Part shown: one piece after another, positions 17,951-27,356 of the stretch
Position numbering within the stretch: the first letter of the stretch is position 1
Layout of the letters: each line of letters opens with the position of its first letter
DNA from: an uncultured Gemmatimonadales bacterium
GTDB lineage: Bacteria > Gemmatimonadota > Gemmatimonadetes > Gemmatimonadales > GWC2-71-9
Reading direction: 5' to 3'
DNA length: 64,000 nucleotides
Assembly (NCBI GenBank): GCA_963730185.1
Contig: CAVSQW010000013.1
Location: forward strand, 96,001-160,000
Position numbers and translations under genes: made by a program
Notes under the pieces: model-generated
Databases searched by the model: none
The model's input: the letters and a program-made list of their open reading frames with translations, nothing else
What the model was told of the DNA's origin: nothing

Positions 17951-20341
17951 GTGACCGCGCCGACCAGCCGCGAAGACGAATGGCTCTGGGGTTGGGACCC
18001 GACCCCGGGGATCGTCTCGGTGTGGGCGGAGCCCGACGGGCGGACGATCGTGTGGCGCCGCCTCCCGGAGACGGGCGACCTGGTGCGCGAGGCGGAGCGG
18101 TTCCGCCCCTGGATCCTGCTCGACCGGCTCGACGATCTTCGCCATTTGGGCGACGAGCTCGGGCCGGATGGAGCCGGCTCGCGGGTGACCTATCGGGAGC
18201 TGGAGGGGCCGGGGGCGCTCCGCTATCTGGTCACCGCCGACCACGTTCGCCGGCTCGTCTCGGCCGTCGTCACCGGAGCGTCACGCCGGCTGGGCCGGCC
18301 GATCGGTCACCCCCGCGACCTCGGGCACGAGGCGGCTCTGCTGCTACCTCCCGAGGAGCAGTATCTGGTCGCGACCGGCCGCACCTACTTTCGCGACCTG
18401 CCATTCGACCGTCTCCACCGGCTCCAGTTCGATCTCGAGACGACCGGGCTGGATCCCGAGCGGCACCGGATCTTCATGGTCGCGGTCCGCGATCCCTCCG
18501 GGGCGACCGAGGTGCTGGAAGTGACCGGCCCGGGCGACGCACCCGAGGCCGATCTGATCCAGCGGTTGGCCGAGCGGGTCCGGGCGGCCGATCCCGACGT
18601 GATCGAGAATCACAATCTTCACGGGTTCGACCTCCCCTTTCTCGACCGCCGGTCCAGGAAGCTCGGCGTTCCCCTGGTGCTGGGGCGCCTCGACCGGCTC
18701 GGCGTCCGCCAGCGGGCGGCCCGCCGCGGTGCCGCGAGCGACCGCGAGGAGGGGATGCGGATTCGGTTCGTGGTCCCGGGACGGGAGCTCATCGATACCC
18801 TCGACGCCGTCCGGCGGTACGACTTCGCGACCCGCGAGCTGCCCGGACACGGCCTGAAAGCGGTGGCCCGCCACCTGGGACTGGCGAGCCCCGACCGGGA
18901 GTACGTCCGGGGCGACCAGATCCACCGGACCTGGCGCAGCGATCCGAAGCGGATCAGGCGCTATGCCACCGACGACGTCGAGGAGGTGGCCGCGCTGGCC
19001 CGGGTGCTGGGCGGCGCCGCGTTCGCCCTGGCCCGGATGGCGCCCCGGCGCTACGAGCGGCTGGCCGACGCCGGCGCGGCCACCGGGGTAATCGACCCGA
19101 TGCTGGTCCGGGCCTATCTCCGAAGCGGCGCCGCGCTCCCGGCGCACCAGCCCGGGGACGGAACCGAGCACAGCGGCGCGGCGCTGCACCTGTTCGCCAC
19201 CGGCGTGGCCCACCGGGTGGTCAAGGCCGACGTGGCGAGCCTCTACCCGTCGCTGATGCGGGCCTACCGGATCGGGCCGTCTCGCGACCAGCTGGGGGCG
19301 CTCCTCGCCCTGGTCGATCGCCTGGTTGAACGACGCCTGGCCGAGAAAGCGAGCGCCCGCGCGGCCCCGCCCGGCTCGGCCGAACGCTACACGCACGAGG
19401 CGACCTCGGCCGCGATGAAGCTGGTGGTCAACTCCGCCTACGGCTACCTAGCGGCCGGCGGCGACCTGACCCGGTTCGCCGACGTGCATGCCGCGAACGA
19501 GGTGACGCGTCGAGGGCGGGAGACGCTCGCGTTGATGTGCCGGGAGCTCGCCGCCCGCGGAGTCACCCTCCTCGAAGCCGACACCGACGGCGTCTACTTT
19601 GCCGTGCCCGGGTCCTGGTCCGAGGCCGACGAGCGACGGGTGGTCGACGAGGTCGCCGGCCTGCTGCCGTCCCTGGTCCAGCTGGAGTTCGAAGGGCGCT
19701 ACGCCGCGATGCTCTCCCACGAGCCGAAGAACTACGCCCTCCTCGGCTACGACGGCACCCTCGTGCTCCGCGGGGTCGCCTTCCGCTCGAGCCGAGCCGA
19801 GCCTTTCGGCGAGGCGTTTCTCCGTCGGGCCATCGGCAGGCTGCTGGTGGGCGACGTGGTCGGGGTGCGCGACGAGTACCTGGCGACCGCCGCGGCCCTC
19901 CGCCGGCGGGAGCTCTCGACCCGGGAGGTGTCGTCGCGGGTGCGGCTCACCAAGACGCCCGCCCGCTATCACGAGGTCCGCCCTGAGCGGCGGGAGCTTC
20001 CCTACGAGGCCCTGCTCGCCAGCGGCCGGACGGCCTGGCGCTTGGGTGAGAAGATCCGGGTCTATCGCCGGGGCAACGGGCTCGGCGGAGTGGTCACCGA
20101 CCTCGAGGACGAGGTGGTGGGCGGCGACCCTCGAGACTACGACGTGGAGCACTATCTCCGGGTCTTACGCGACAACTTCACGACCCGGCTGGCCCGGGCC
20201 TTCAGCCCCGAGGACTTCGCGGTGGTGTTCGCCGATCCGGACCAGCCGTCGCTCTTCGCGCCGACGCTCGACACGATCCGGCCGATTCTCCGTACGATCG
20301 CTGGCCCGTCGGTCGACCCGCCGGCTCGAGTGCCGGGATGA
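17951..20341 (+). CDS. polB: Family B DNA polymerase with 3'-5' exonuclease domain (Pol II-like)
   Basis: ExoI FDLETTG, ExoII NHNLHGFDLPFL, ExoIII YATDDV; motif A DVASLYPS, motif B KLVVNSAYGYL, motif C EADTDG. Confidence 0.9.
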   Translation: MTAPTSREDEWLWGWDPTPGIVSVWAEPDGRTIVWRRLPETGDLVREAERFRPWILLDRLDDLRHLGDELGPDGAGSRVTYRELEGPGALRYLVTADHVRRLVSAVVTGASRRLGRPIGHPRDLGHEAALLLPPEEQYLVATGRTYFRDLPFDRLHRLQFDLETTGLDPERHRIFMVAVRDPSGATEVLEVTGPGDAPEADLIQRLAERVRAADPDVIENHNLHGFDLPFLDRRSRKLGVPLVLGRLDRLGVRQRAARRGAASDREEGMRIRFVVPGRELIDTLDAVRRYDFATRELPGHGLKAVARHLGLASPDREYVRGDQIHRTWRSDPKRIRRYATDDVEEVAALARVLGGAAFALARMAPRRYERLADAGAATGVIDPMLVRAYLRSGAALPAHQPGDGTEHSGAALHLFATGVAHRVVKADVASLYPSLMRAYRIGPSRDQLGALLALVDRLVERRLAEKASARAAPPGSAERYTHEATSAAMKLVVNSAYGYLAAGGDLTRFADVHAANEVTRRGRETLALMCRELAARGVTLLEADTDGVYFAVPGSWSEADERRVVDEVAGLLPSLVQLEFEGRYAAMLSHEPKNYALLGYDGTLVLRGVAFRSSRAEPFGEAFLRRAIGRLLVGDVVGVRDEYLATAAALRRRELSTREVSSRVRLTKTPARYHEVRPERRELPYEALLASGRTAWRLGEKIRVYRRGNGLGGVVTDLEDEVVGGDPRDYDVEHYLRVLRDNFTTRLARAFSPEDFAVVFADPDQPSLFAPTLDTIRPILRTIAGPSVDPPARVPG

Positions 20342-20349
20342 CCTCGAAC

Positions 20350-20818
20350 CCGCCTCGGCAATCGCGACCCCATCACTTGGCGGAGCCTGGTTTGGGAGGG
20401 CGGCGACTGGCTGCTCTACGCTCTGCTCACCCCGGCCGTCTTCTGGACGGCGCGGCGATACCCGCTCGCTCGAGGCCGGGTCGGGTCCCGGATTCTGATT
20501 CACCTCGCTGCCTCGATCGTGCTCTGGCGCCGCCTGGGCCGGCGGCGGAGTGCTGCTCCGGTGGCTGCTCCTCGCGGCCGACCCACCGAGCCTTCGGGGC
20601 CTGGCGCTGATCGTGTCGCTGGTCCGCCCGGGGTTCGTCAGTCCCTGGCTCTTCCAGAACCACCCGATGGGGGCTTCCCCGGCTCCCGAAGGCTATGCCT
20701 GGACCCTGCCGCTCCTGTATCTGGTCTGGGCGGTGGCTATTCTGATCCTCTACCTCCCTGCCGCTGGTTCGCGGACCTCAAATCGCGGCAGAAGGGTCCC
20801 TGGCTCAGCTATCTGTAG
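20350..20818 (+). pseudogene. Chimeric remnant: membrane N-terminus of a LytS-like sensor kinase joined to the C-terminus of a DUF1624-like membrane protein
   Basis: WEGGDWLLYALLTPAVFWTARRYPL...RILIHLAASIVL then ...WLFQNHPM...GYAWTLPLLYLVWAVAILILYL(P)CRWFADLKSRQKGPWLSYL*; no clear start, frameshifts at ~20526 and ~20757. Confidence 0.6.
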
Positions 20819-20841
20819 ATGAGGTGCGCGTCGAATCTGCC

Positions 20842-20869
20842 GGCGGGTCGCGGGTTCGAGGTCGGGGGT
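20842..20869 (+). repeat. Four degenerate tandem heptamers (nnnRGGT)
   Basis: GGCGGGT CGCGGGT TCGAGGT CGGGGGT in register. Confidence 0.45.
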
Positions 20870-20930
20870 CCGGCTGGGAAAGCGGGTTACCGTCGGTCGG
20901 CCGTCGAGTAGCACCGGCGGTGCCCGACCG

Positions 20931-22466
20931 TCAGATCGCCGCCCCTCCCGAGGCCCGCCGCCGATTGGATCGCCGTTCGGCGCGAGCTGAATCCCGTCCG
21001 ATGGTCCGGACGCCGCCGAGCGAGATCAAGGCGCCGATCAGCGCGGCGGACGGGAGCACCAGCACCGCGGTGGAGAGCCCGAAGTGGTCGGAGAGCGACC
21101 CCACCAGCGGGAACGCGATGGAGTCCCCCGCGATGTGGATGAACATCAGGTAGGCGCCGACCACCGTCGTGCCGATCCGGGCCGGTACCACGTCGAAGAT
21201 CGTGGCCGTGAGGGGGCCGTTGTACCAGGTCAGGAAGAAGAACGCCGCGTAGAAGATCGGGACGACCAGGTGTGGCGTCCGGAGAGTCAGGAGCCAGATG
21301 GCGAGCGGCGCGCCGATCAGGAACCCGAAGGCCGTCACCAGGATCCGGGCGCTCGGAAATCGCTTGCGAAGCGAGTCGGCCAGCCACCCGCCGACGAGCG
21401 TGCCCGCGGTGCCCGCCAGCAGGCCTGCCAGTCCGAGGAGCCGGGTGGCCTCGGTGGTGGTGAGGCCGAGCGTCCGGGTTATGAACGCCGGCGCCCACGC
21501 CACCAGTCCGTTCATGCCGAACGAGATCAGTGCCCCGCCCGCGAACACGTACACCAGCGTCGGCGTCCCCAGCACGACGGAGAAGGCCCGGCGGATATCG
21601 TCGATCGCGGCGTCGATCACCGCGTCGCCCGCGTCGCGCTCCTCGCCGGCCTTGGCCCGGGTTCGCCGGAGCCAGAGCCGGATGTTGAAGATCAGGCCGA
21701 TGCCCACGATCGCGCTGAACGCGGCCGCGTCGGTCCGCGAGTCGGCGCCGTAGCGCTGATCCAGGACGTAGGCCAGCAGGGTTCCCGCGACCAGGCTCAG
21801 GAGGAGCGGCGCGATCGTACCGAGCAGGGCCGTTACCCCCATCCCCAGCTCCCGGAGCTCCCGGGTGAGCGACAGGTTCGGGAAGCTCCGGCTCGGATCG
21901 GTGAGCCGGAGCACCAAAGCGCCGATCCCGAAGCCGGGAAGGCCCAAGGCGAAGAACGTCACCCGCCATCCGTAGAGCGCCTCGAGCTGACCGGCGAGCA
22001 GAATGCCCAGGACGCCGCCCACCGCCAGGCCGGTCATGAAGATCCCCATCGCGAAGGCGCGCCGCTTGGGGAAGTAGTCGGCCACCAGCGAGGTCGACGC
22101 GGCCGCCGCGGCGGCGCCGCCCAGGCCCACCAGCGCTCGGGCGATGAAGAGCGACCGGAACCCGAGCGCCAGTCCCGAGAGCGAGGTCGCCACGCTCCAG
22201 AGCGCGATGCCGCCGGCGATCACCGCCCGCCGGGTGCGGAGGTCGCCGAGGAGGCCCAGGGGGAGGGAGGCGATCGAGAAGACCAGCACATAGGCCGTGC
22301 CCAACCATCCGAGCTGGGCGTCGGTGAGCGAGAGATCGCGTTTGAGCGGCTCGAAGAGCGCGAAGACCGCGTTCCGCTCGAGGTAGTTGAGGAGGTTGGT
22401 GACGGTGAGGAGGACCAGGGCGTACGAGGCGTAGCGCTTGGTCACCGCCGCCGGCGCCTCGGTCAC
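20931..22466 (-). CDS. MFS transporter, spinster-like, with a central two-helix insertion
   Basis: [19 protein letters not shown] (motif A), [21 protein letters not shown] start overlaps the DHS stop (GTGA). Confidence 0.88.
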   Translation of the reverse strand: MTEAPAAVTKRYASYALVLLTVTNLLNYLERNAVFALFEPLKRDLSLTDAQLGWLGTAYVLVFSIASLPLGLLGDLRTRRAVIAGGIALWSVATSLSGLALGFRSLFIARALVGLGGAAAAAASTSLVADYFPKRRAFAMGIFMTGLAVGGVLGILLAGQLEALYGWRVTFFALGLPGFGIGALVLRLTDPSRSFPNLSLTRELRELGMGVTALLGTIAPLLLSLVAGTLLAYVLDQRYGADSRTDAAAFSAIVGIGLIFNIRLWLRRTRAKAGEERDAGDAVIDAAIDDIRRAFSVVLGTPTLVYVFAGGALISFGMNGLVAWAPAFITRTLGLTTTEATRLLGLAGLLAGTAGTLVGGWLADSLRKRFPSARILVTAFGFLIGAPLAIWLLTLRTPHLVVPIFYAAFFFLTWYNGPLTATIFDVVPARIGTTVVGAYLMFIHIAGDSIAFPLVGSLSDHFGLSTAVLVLPSAALIGALISLGGVRTIGRDSARAERRSNRRRASGGAAI

Positions 22467-23608
22467 GTCTCGCCCGCCGTCTTGGCCTTGCGAGCCCGGT
22501 CGTCGCGGAACGCCAGGGCCGAGCGATACTCGTCCACCAGCCGCTTCATCATCGCCTCCCGGTGGTCGTAGAGCCGTTTGACCGGCCGGCTTTCCCTTTT
22601 CGCCTTGGCGTAGGCCGTCAGCAGTGGGAGGGCGACGGTATTGTCGAGATAGCAGACAACGGTCCCCGGCAGCATCGCGGGATCGACCTTGCCCCAGCTT
22701 ACCGCCTCGCCCGGCGTGGCGCCCGAGAGCCCGCCGGTGTCCGGGCGGGCGTCGGTCATCTGGAGGAAGTAGTCGTGGCCCCGCTCGTCGATCCCGAGCA
22801 CCTCCTGGATCTGCGGTTCGGTCTGGAGCAGGAAGTTCTTGGGGCTGCCGCCGCCCACGATCAGGGCGCCGCTCTTGCCACCGGTCCGCTTGGCCTCGAG
22901 CACGATCGCGGCCGTCTCGTTCACGTCGGCGCTCACGTCGAACCGGAGCTTGCTGCCGGCCAGCGCCTGCTCGGCCACGTTCATTCCGATCGAGCTGTCA
23001 CCGGGGGAGCTGGTGTAGATCGGCACGGCGAGCTCGTGCGCCACGCTCAGCACCGAACGCTTGGCCAGGCCCAGGGCCTTCTCTCGCTCCCCGATGTAGC
23101 CGCCCAGGAGGTAGTGGTACTCGGCGCTGCTCATCGCCCGCTGGAACTCCGGCCGTTCGGACACCTCGCGGACGAACGCGTCGGTCGAGAGCAGGACCTG
23201 GTAGTCGAAGAAGATGTCGTAGATCCGGACCACGCCCTGCTCGCGGAGCGCGACGTCGTCGGCGAACGGGCTGCCCCGGTGGAGCGAGAGGCCCAGCGCG
23301 AAGTGAGCGTCGTGGTAAAGATTGGCGCCGGTGGAGATGACCCAGTCGACGAACCCGGCCTCGAGCAGGGGGATGAGGGTGCTCATCCCGAGACCGGCCG
23401 GCGTCATCGCTCCGGTCAGACTCATCCCGACCGTCACCTCGGGGGCCAGCATCCGCTCGGTGAAGAGCTGGCACGCCTCGCGAAGCCGGCCCGCGTTGTA
23501 GGCCAGGAAGGCGTTGTCGATCAGCTCGGCCACGGTTTCCCGGCCGGTGATCGCGGTGGGGTCGATGCGCGGGCCGCTCAGGTGCCGGGGGCGCTGGGGT
23601 GGAGTCAT
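22463..23608 (-). CDS. Deoxyhypusine synthase-like protein (probable homospermidine/aminobutyl-transferring enzyme)
   Basis: [44 protein letters not shown] with the catalytic Lys retained. Confidence 0.9.
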   Translation of the reverse strand: MTPPQRPRHLSGPRIDPTAITGRETVAELIDNAFLAYNAGRLREACQLFTERMLAPEVTVGMSLTGAMTPAGLGMSTLIPLLEAGFVDWVISTGANLYHDAHFALGLSLHRGSPFADDVALREQGVVRIYDIFFDYQVLLSTDAFVREVSERPEFQRAMSSAEYHYLLGGYIGEREKALGLAKRSVLSVAHELAVPIYTSSPGDSSIGMNVAEQALAGSKLRFDVSADVNETAAIVLEAKRTGGKSGALIVGGGSPKNFLLQTEPQIQEVLGIDERGHDYFLQMTDARPDTGGLSGATPGEAVSWGKVDPAMLPGTVVCYLDNTVALPLLTAYAKAKRESRPVKRLYDHREAMMKRLVDEYRSALAFRDDRARKAKTAGET

Positions 23609-23633
23609 GCGCGCTGCCTTCGTGGTCGAGGGG

Positions 23634-24356
23634 TCAAGACTGGCGGGCCCCGATGATGCAGTCGGCCGCCTGGGTTGGGTCGTCCATCACCCGAAAGAGC
23701 GCCAGGTCGCCGGCGTCGATCTTGCCCTCACCCGCCAGCGTCTGCCGGAGCCAGTCGATCAACGGTGCCCAGTAGGCCGAGCCGTAGAGGATGACCGGTA
23801 TTTTCCGCATCTTGCCGGTCTGCATCAAGGTCAGGAACTCGAACAGCTCATCCAGGGTGCCGTATCCGCCGGGGAACGCGATCAGCGCCCGGGAGTACTT
23901 GGCCAGCATGGTCTTCCGGACGAAGAAGAAGCGAAAGAACATCTTCCGGCGAACGTACGGGTTGGTGCCCTCTTCGTGCGGCAGCTCGATGTTGCAGCCG
24001 ATCGAAAGGCCGTCACCCGCGACCGCGCCCTTGTTGGCGGCTTCCATGATGCCGGGCCCGCCGCCGGTGATCACCGGCAGACCGGCCCGGGCCAGGAGCT
24101 CCGCGGTGCGCTCCGCCGCCTCGTAGAACGGGTCGTCGGCCGAGACCCGGGCCGAACCGATGATGGTCACCGCGTCCCGGACGTCGCTCAGGCGCTCGAA
24201 ACCCTCGACGAACTCGCCCATGATCCGAAGCACCCGCCAGGGGTCGGTCTTGCGGAACGCGTCGGGGGCCTCGGGCGGATGCGCCGCGTCGAAGAGGATC
24301 TCGTCGGCGGTCGGGCCGCGGGGGTTGGCGCTGTGCTCGAGCGAGCGATCTGTCAC
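23634..24356 (-). CDS. LOG family (TIGR00730-type) nucleotide phosphoribohydrolase
   Basis: [47 protein letters not shown] start at 24356 after GGAG. Confidence 0.9.
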   Translation of the reverse strand: MTDRSLEHSANPRGPTADEILFDAAHPPEAPDAFRKTDPWRVLRIMGEFVEGFERLSDVRDAVTIIGSARVSADDPFYEAAERTAELLARAGLPVITGGGPGIMEAANKGAVAGDGLSIGCNIELPHEEGTNPYVRRKMFFRFFFVRKTMLAKYSRALIAFPGGYGTLDELFEFLTLMQTGKMRKIPVILYGSAYWAPLIDWLRQTLAGEGKIDAGDLALFRVMDDPTQAADCIIGARQS

Positions 24357-24431
24357 GGGTACTCTCTCCGAGGAATCGCGGAATATAAGCGTCTGCGCTC
24401 GCGCCACGACGCCAGTATCTTTCAGGGACCG

Positions 24432-24728
24432 ATGCCAGCGTCGTCCTCCGCCTCCGCCCCGGCCCCCTCGCCGCCGACCTGGGCCGGGCTCGTCATGGCC
24501 CTCGCCTTCCGAGGCTTGGTGCGCCCGAGGTTGGCCCTGGACCTGCTCCGGGCCGCCTGGGCGTTCCGCCGGCGTGGCTGGTGGCGCCTGCCCCCCTTCG
24601 TGCCCCTGCCGGACCGGACCTATCTCCGCTGGCGGATGTACACCGCCTACGGCAGCGAGGACGCCGTCCCCCCGGTCGAGGACGTGGTTCGCTTCGCCCG
24701 CTGGCGGCGGGAGACGATGCGCCTCTGA
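24432..24728 (+). CDS. Small Trp/Arg-rich hypothetical protein, 98 aa
   Basis: GWWRLPPFVPLPDRTYLRWRMYTAYG...DVVRFARWR; stop overlaps the ndh start (TGATG). Confidence 0.72.
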   Translation: MPASSSASAPAPSPPTWAGLVMALAFRGLVRPRLALDLLRAAWAFRRRGWWRLPPFVPLPDRTYLRWRMYTAYGSEDAVPPVEDVVRFARWRRETMRL

Positions 24729-26002
24729 TGGCGCCGGCCAGGGTCGTCGTCCTGGGCGGCGGGTTCGGTGGCCTCGAGCTCGCCAAGCGGCTGGCCAACA
24801 AGCCGGTGGCGGTCACGCTCGTGGACCGGACCAACCACTACGTCTTCCAGCCGCTCCTCTACCAGATCGCCGCCGCCGCCCTCTCCCCGGGCGACATCGC
24901 CTCGCCGATCCGCTCGATCCTCAGCCGGGCCGCCAACGTGGAGGTGCTCTTGGGAGCGGCCGACCGGGTCGAGGCCGACCGACGCCAGGTGCATCTCGCC
25001 GACGGAACCACGCTGGACTACGACTACTTGGTCGTCGCGACTGGAGCGAGACACTCGTATTTCGGCAAGCCGGAATGGGAAGCCTGGGCCCCCGGCCTCA
25101 AGACCTTGGAAGATGCCCTCGAGATCCGCCGCCGGGTGCTCCTGGCCTTCGAGCGGGCCGAACGGGAATCCGATCCCGTTGCCCGCCAGCGCCACCTCAC
25201 CTTCGTGATCGTCGGCGGCGGTCCGACCGGCGTCGAGCTAGCCGGCGCCCTGGCCGAGATCCGCCGGTTCGCGCTCAAGCGCGACTTCCGCCGCATCGAC
25301 CCGCGCGACGCCACCGTGATGCTCCTCGAGGGCGGGCCCCGGATCCTGCCCTCGTACCCGCCCCACTTGAGCCAGAAGGCCAAGGAGACCCTTCGCTCGC
25401 TGGGCGTCGACGTCAGGACCGAGACCATGGTGACCGCGATCGCGGCCGGCGAGGTCAACGCCGCCGGGTGGCGGATCCCGACCGACACCGTGATCTGGGC
25501 CGCCGGCAACCAGGCCAGTCCGCTGGTCCGCTCGCTCGGCTGCCCGACCGATCGGGCAGGCCGGGCCCTGGTGGAGCCCGACTGCTCGATCCCCGGTCAC
25601 CGAGAGCTCTTCGTCATCGGCGATGCGGCCGCCTTCACCCACGATCCGGACGCCAAGTTGCTGCCCGGCACCTCGCCGGTCGCCATGCAGCAGGGCCGGT
25701 ACCTGGGCGACATGATCCTGGCCGACCTCGCGGACCGGACCCGCCGGCCGTTCCGCTATCACGACAAGGGCCAGCTCGCCGTGATCGGCCGGGGGCACGC
25801 GATCGCCGATCTGAAGCGGGTCAAGCTCACGGGCCTGGTGGGATGGCTGGTGTGGATCTTCATCCACATCTTCTATCTGATCGGGTTCCGGAACCGGGCC
25901 GTGGTGATGCTCGAGTGGGCCTGGTCCTACCTGACGTTTCAGCGAGGGGCGCGCCTCATCACCGGCCCCTGGACGCCGGCCCAGGACAAGGGCTCAGGAT
26001 GA
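24728..26002 (+). CDS. ndh: Type II NADH dehydrogenase / NAD(P)-FAD oxidoreductase
   Basis: GGGFGG FAD motif, FQPLLYQ, VGGGPTGVELAG, WAAG, FVIGD, AMQQG, FRYHDKGQLAVIGR. Confidence 0.9.
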   Translation: MAPARVVVLGGGFGGLELAKRLANKPVAVTLVDRTNHYVFQPLLYQIAAAALSPGDIASPIRSILSRAANVEVLLGAADRVEADRRQVHLADGTTLDYDYLVVATGARHSYFGKPEWEAWAPGLKTLEDALEIRRRVLLAFERAERESDPVARQRHLTFVIVGGGPTGVELAGALAEIRRFALKRDFRRIDPRDATVMLLEGGPRILPSYPPHLSQKAKETLRSLGVDVRTETMVTAIAAGEVNAAGWRIPTDTVIWAAGNQASPLVRSLGCPTDRAGRALVEPDCSIPGHRELFVIGDAAAFTHDPDAKLLPGTSPVAMQQGRYLGDMILADLADRTRRPFRYHDKGQLAVIGRGHAIADLKRVKLTGLVGWLVWIFIHIFYLIGFRNRAVVMLEWAWSYLTFQRGARLITGPWTPAQDKGSG

Positions 26003-26958
26003 CCCTGACCCGCGAGGCGGTCGTCGCCCGGGCGAAAGCGCTTGGCTTTGTCGATTGCGGCATCGCCGATCTCGGCCCCAACCCCCACGCCGACGAGCTC
26101 GATCGCTGGCTCGCGGCCGGGTACGGCGGGACGATGCGCTATCTCCATCGGCAGGCCGCCAAGCGGAAGCGACCCGAGCGGATCGAGCCCGGCGCCATCC
26201 GCGCGGTGGTGGTGCTCGACAACTACTATCCCGGCCCCACCGCCGACGCGGAGGACCGGTTCAGGATCGCCAAGTACGCCCTGGGTCGGGACTACCACCT
26301 GACCGTGGGAGAGCGGCTCGAGCGCCTGGCCGCCTATCTCCGTCAGGGCGGGGCGGGAGTCGCTCGGCCCTTCGTGGACGCCGGTCCCGTGCCCGAACGC
26401 GAGCTGGCCCGGCGGGCCGGACTCGGGTGGATCGGCAAGAACACCATGCTGCTTCGCCCCGGCGACGGCTCGTTCTTCGTGATCGGCAGCGTGCTCACCG
26501 ATCTCCCGCTCGATCCGTCCCCGCCATTCGAGACCGACCACTGCGGGACCTGCACCCGGTGCCTCGACGCCTGCCCGACCAACGCTTTCCCGGCCCCCCG
26601 CGTGCTGGATGCCACCCGGTGCATCTCGTTTCTCACCATCGAGTGGAAGGGCGAGCTCCCGGCTGAGCTGGTCCCGCGGTTCGACGGCTGGGCGTTCGGC
26701 TGCGACATCTGCAACGACGTCTGTCCCTGGAACGAACGGTTCGCCCGGCCGACGGCGATCGCCGACTATCGCGATCGACACGACCCCGACCGCCACGATC
26801 CCGCCGCCTTCGATGACCTGAACGAGGCCGAGTTCGCCATCCGGTTCGGCGATACCCCACTGGAGCGACCGGGGCTCGAGCGGATGCGCCGGAACGTCCG
26901 CGCGGCGGTCGCCTCGCTCACCGACCCGCTCCCTCCCAACTTCGGATCCGAGCCATGA
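25999..26958 (+). CDS. queG: Epoxyqueuosine reductase
   Basis: YALGRDYH, VDAGPVPER, GLGWIGKN, CGTCTRCLDACP, RCIS, GCDICNDVCPWN. Confidence 0.95.
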   Translation: MTLTREAVVARAKALGFVDCGIADLGPNPHADELDRWLAAGYGGTMRYLHRQAAKRKRPERIEPGAIRAVVVLDNYYPGPTADAEDRFRIAKYALGRDYHLTVGERLERLAAYLRQGGAGVARPFVDAGPVPERELARRAGLGWIGKNTMLLRPGDGSFFVIGSVLTDLPLDPSPPFETDHCGTCTRCLDACPTNAFPAPRVLDATRCISFLTIEWKGELPAELVPRFDGWAFGCDICNDVCPWNERFARPTAIADYRDRHDPDRHDPAAFDDLNEAEFAIRFGDTPLERPGLERMRRNVRAAVASLTDPLPPNFGSEP

Positions 26959-27356
26959 TCGGTCACATGCACTCCGTCGCGATCTTCGTCAACGACCTCG
27001 ATCGCGCCCTGCAGTTCTACCGGGACACGCTCCGCCTGCCGGTGGCCCGCGAGGGATCGTTCGGCGCCGAGTTCTTCAAGGAGCCGACCCACCTGAGCGT
27101 CCACCCGGCCAACCATCCGGACGCCAAGGCCCTGGTGGGCCGGCATACCGGCATCACCCTCTACTTGCCGGGCCTGGTGCACTTCTGCGGAGAGCTGCAC
27201 GAGAAGGGAGTTCGGTTCGTGACCGAACCGACCCAGATGGCCTGGGGGGTCATGGCGATGATCGCCGATCCCGAGGGCAACGTGTTCGCCCTCTGGGAGG
27301 ACTCCCTGCCGCCCGATCAGGATCAGGTGCCGTCCGACCCGGTCCCGAGCCCGTAG
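26955..27356 (+). CDS. VOC/glyoxalase superfamily protein
   Basis: HSVAIFVNDLDRALQFYRDTL...WG..AMIADPEGN; ATGA overlap with queG. Confidence 0.85.
   Translation: MIGHMHSVAIFVNDLDRALQFYRDTLRLPVAREGSFGAEFFKEPTHLSVHPANHPDAKALVGRHTGITLYLPGLVHFCGELHEKGVRFVTEPTQMAWGVMAMIADPEGNVFALWEDSLPPDQDQVPSDPVPSP

Noticed and set aside
24160..26958. 932-aa 'extended QueG' and similar apparent N-terminal fusions (8448-10337, 53782-56865, 867-1796)
   Set aside because: The extensions are off-frame read-through of upstream genes; real starts have an SD or stop/start overlap.
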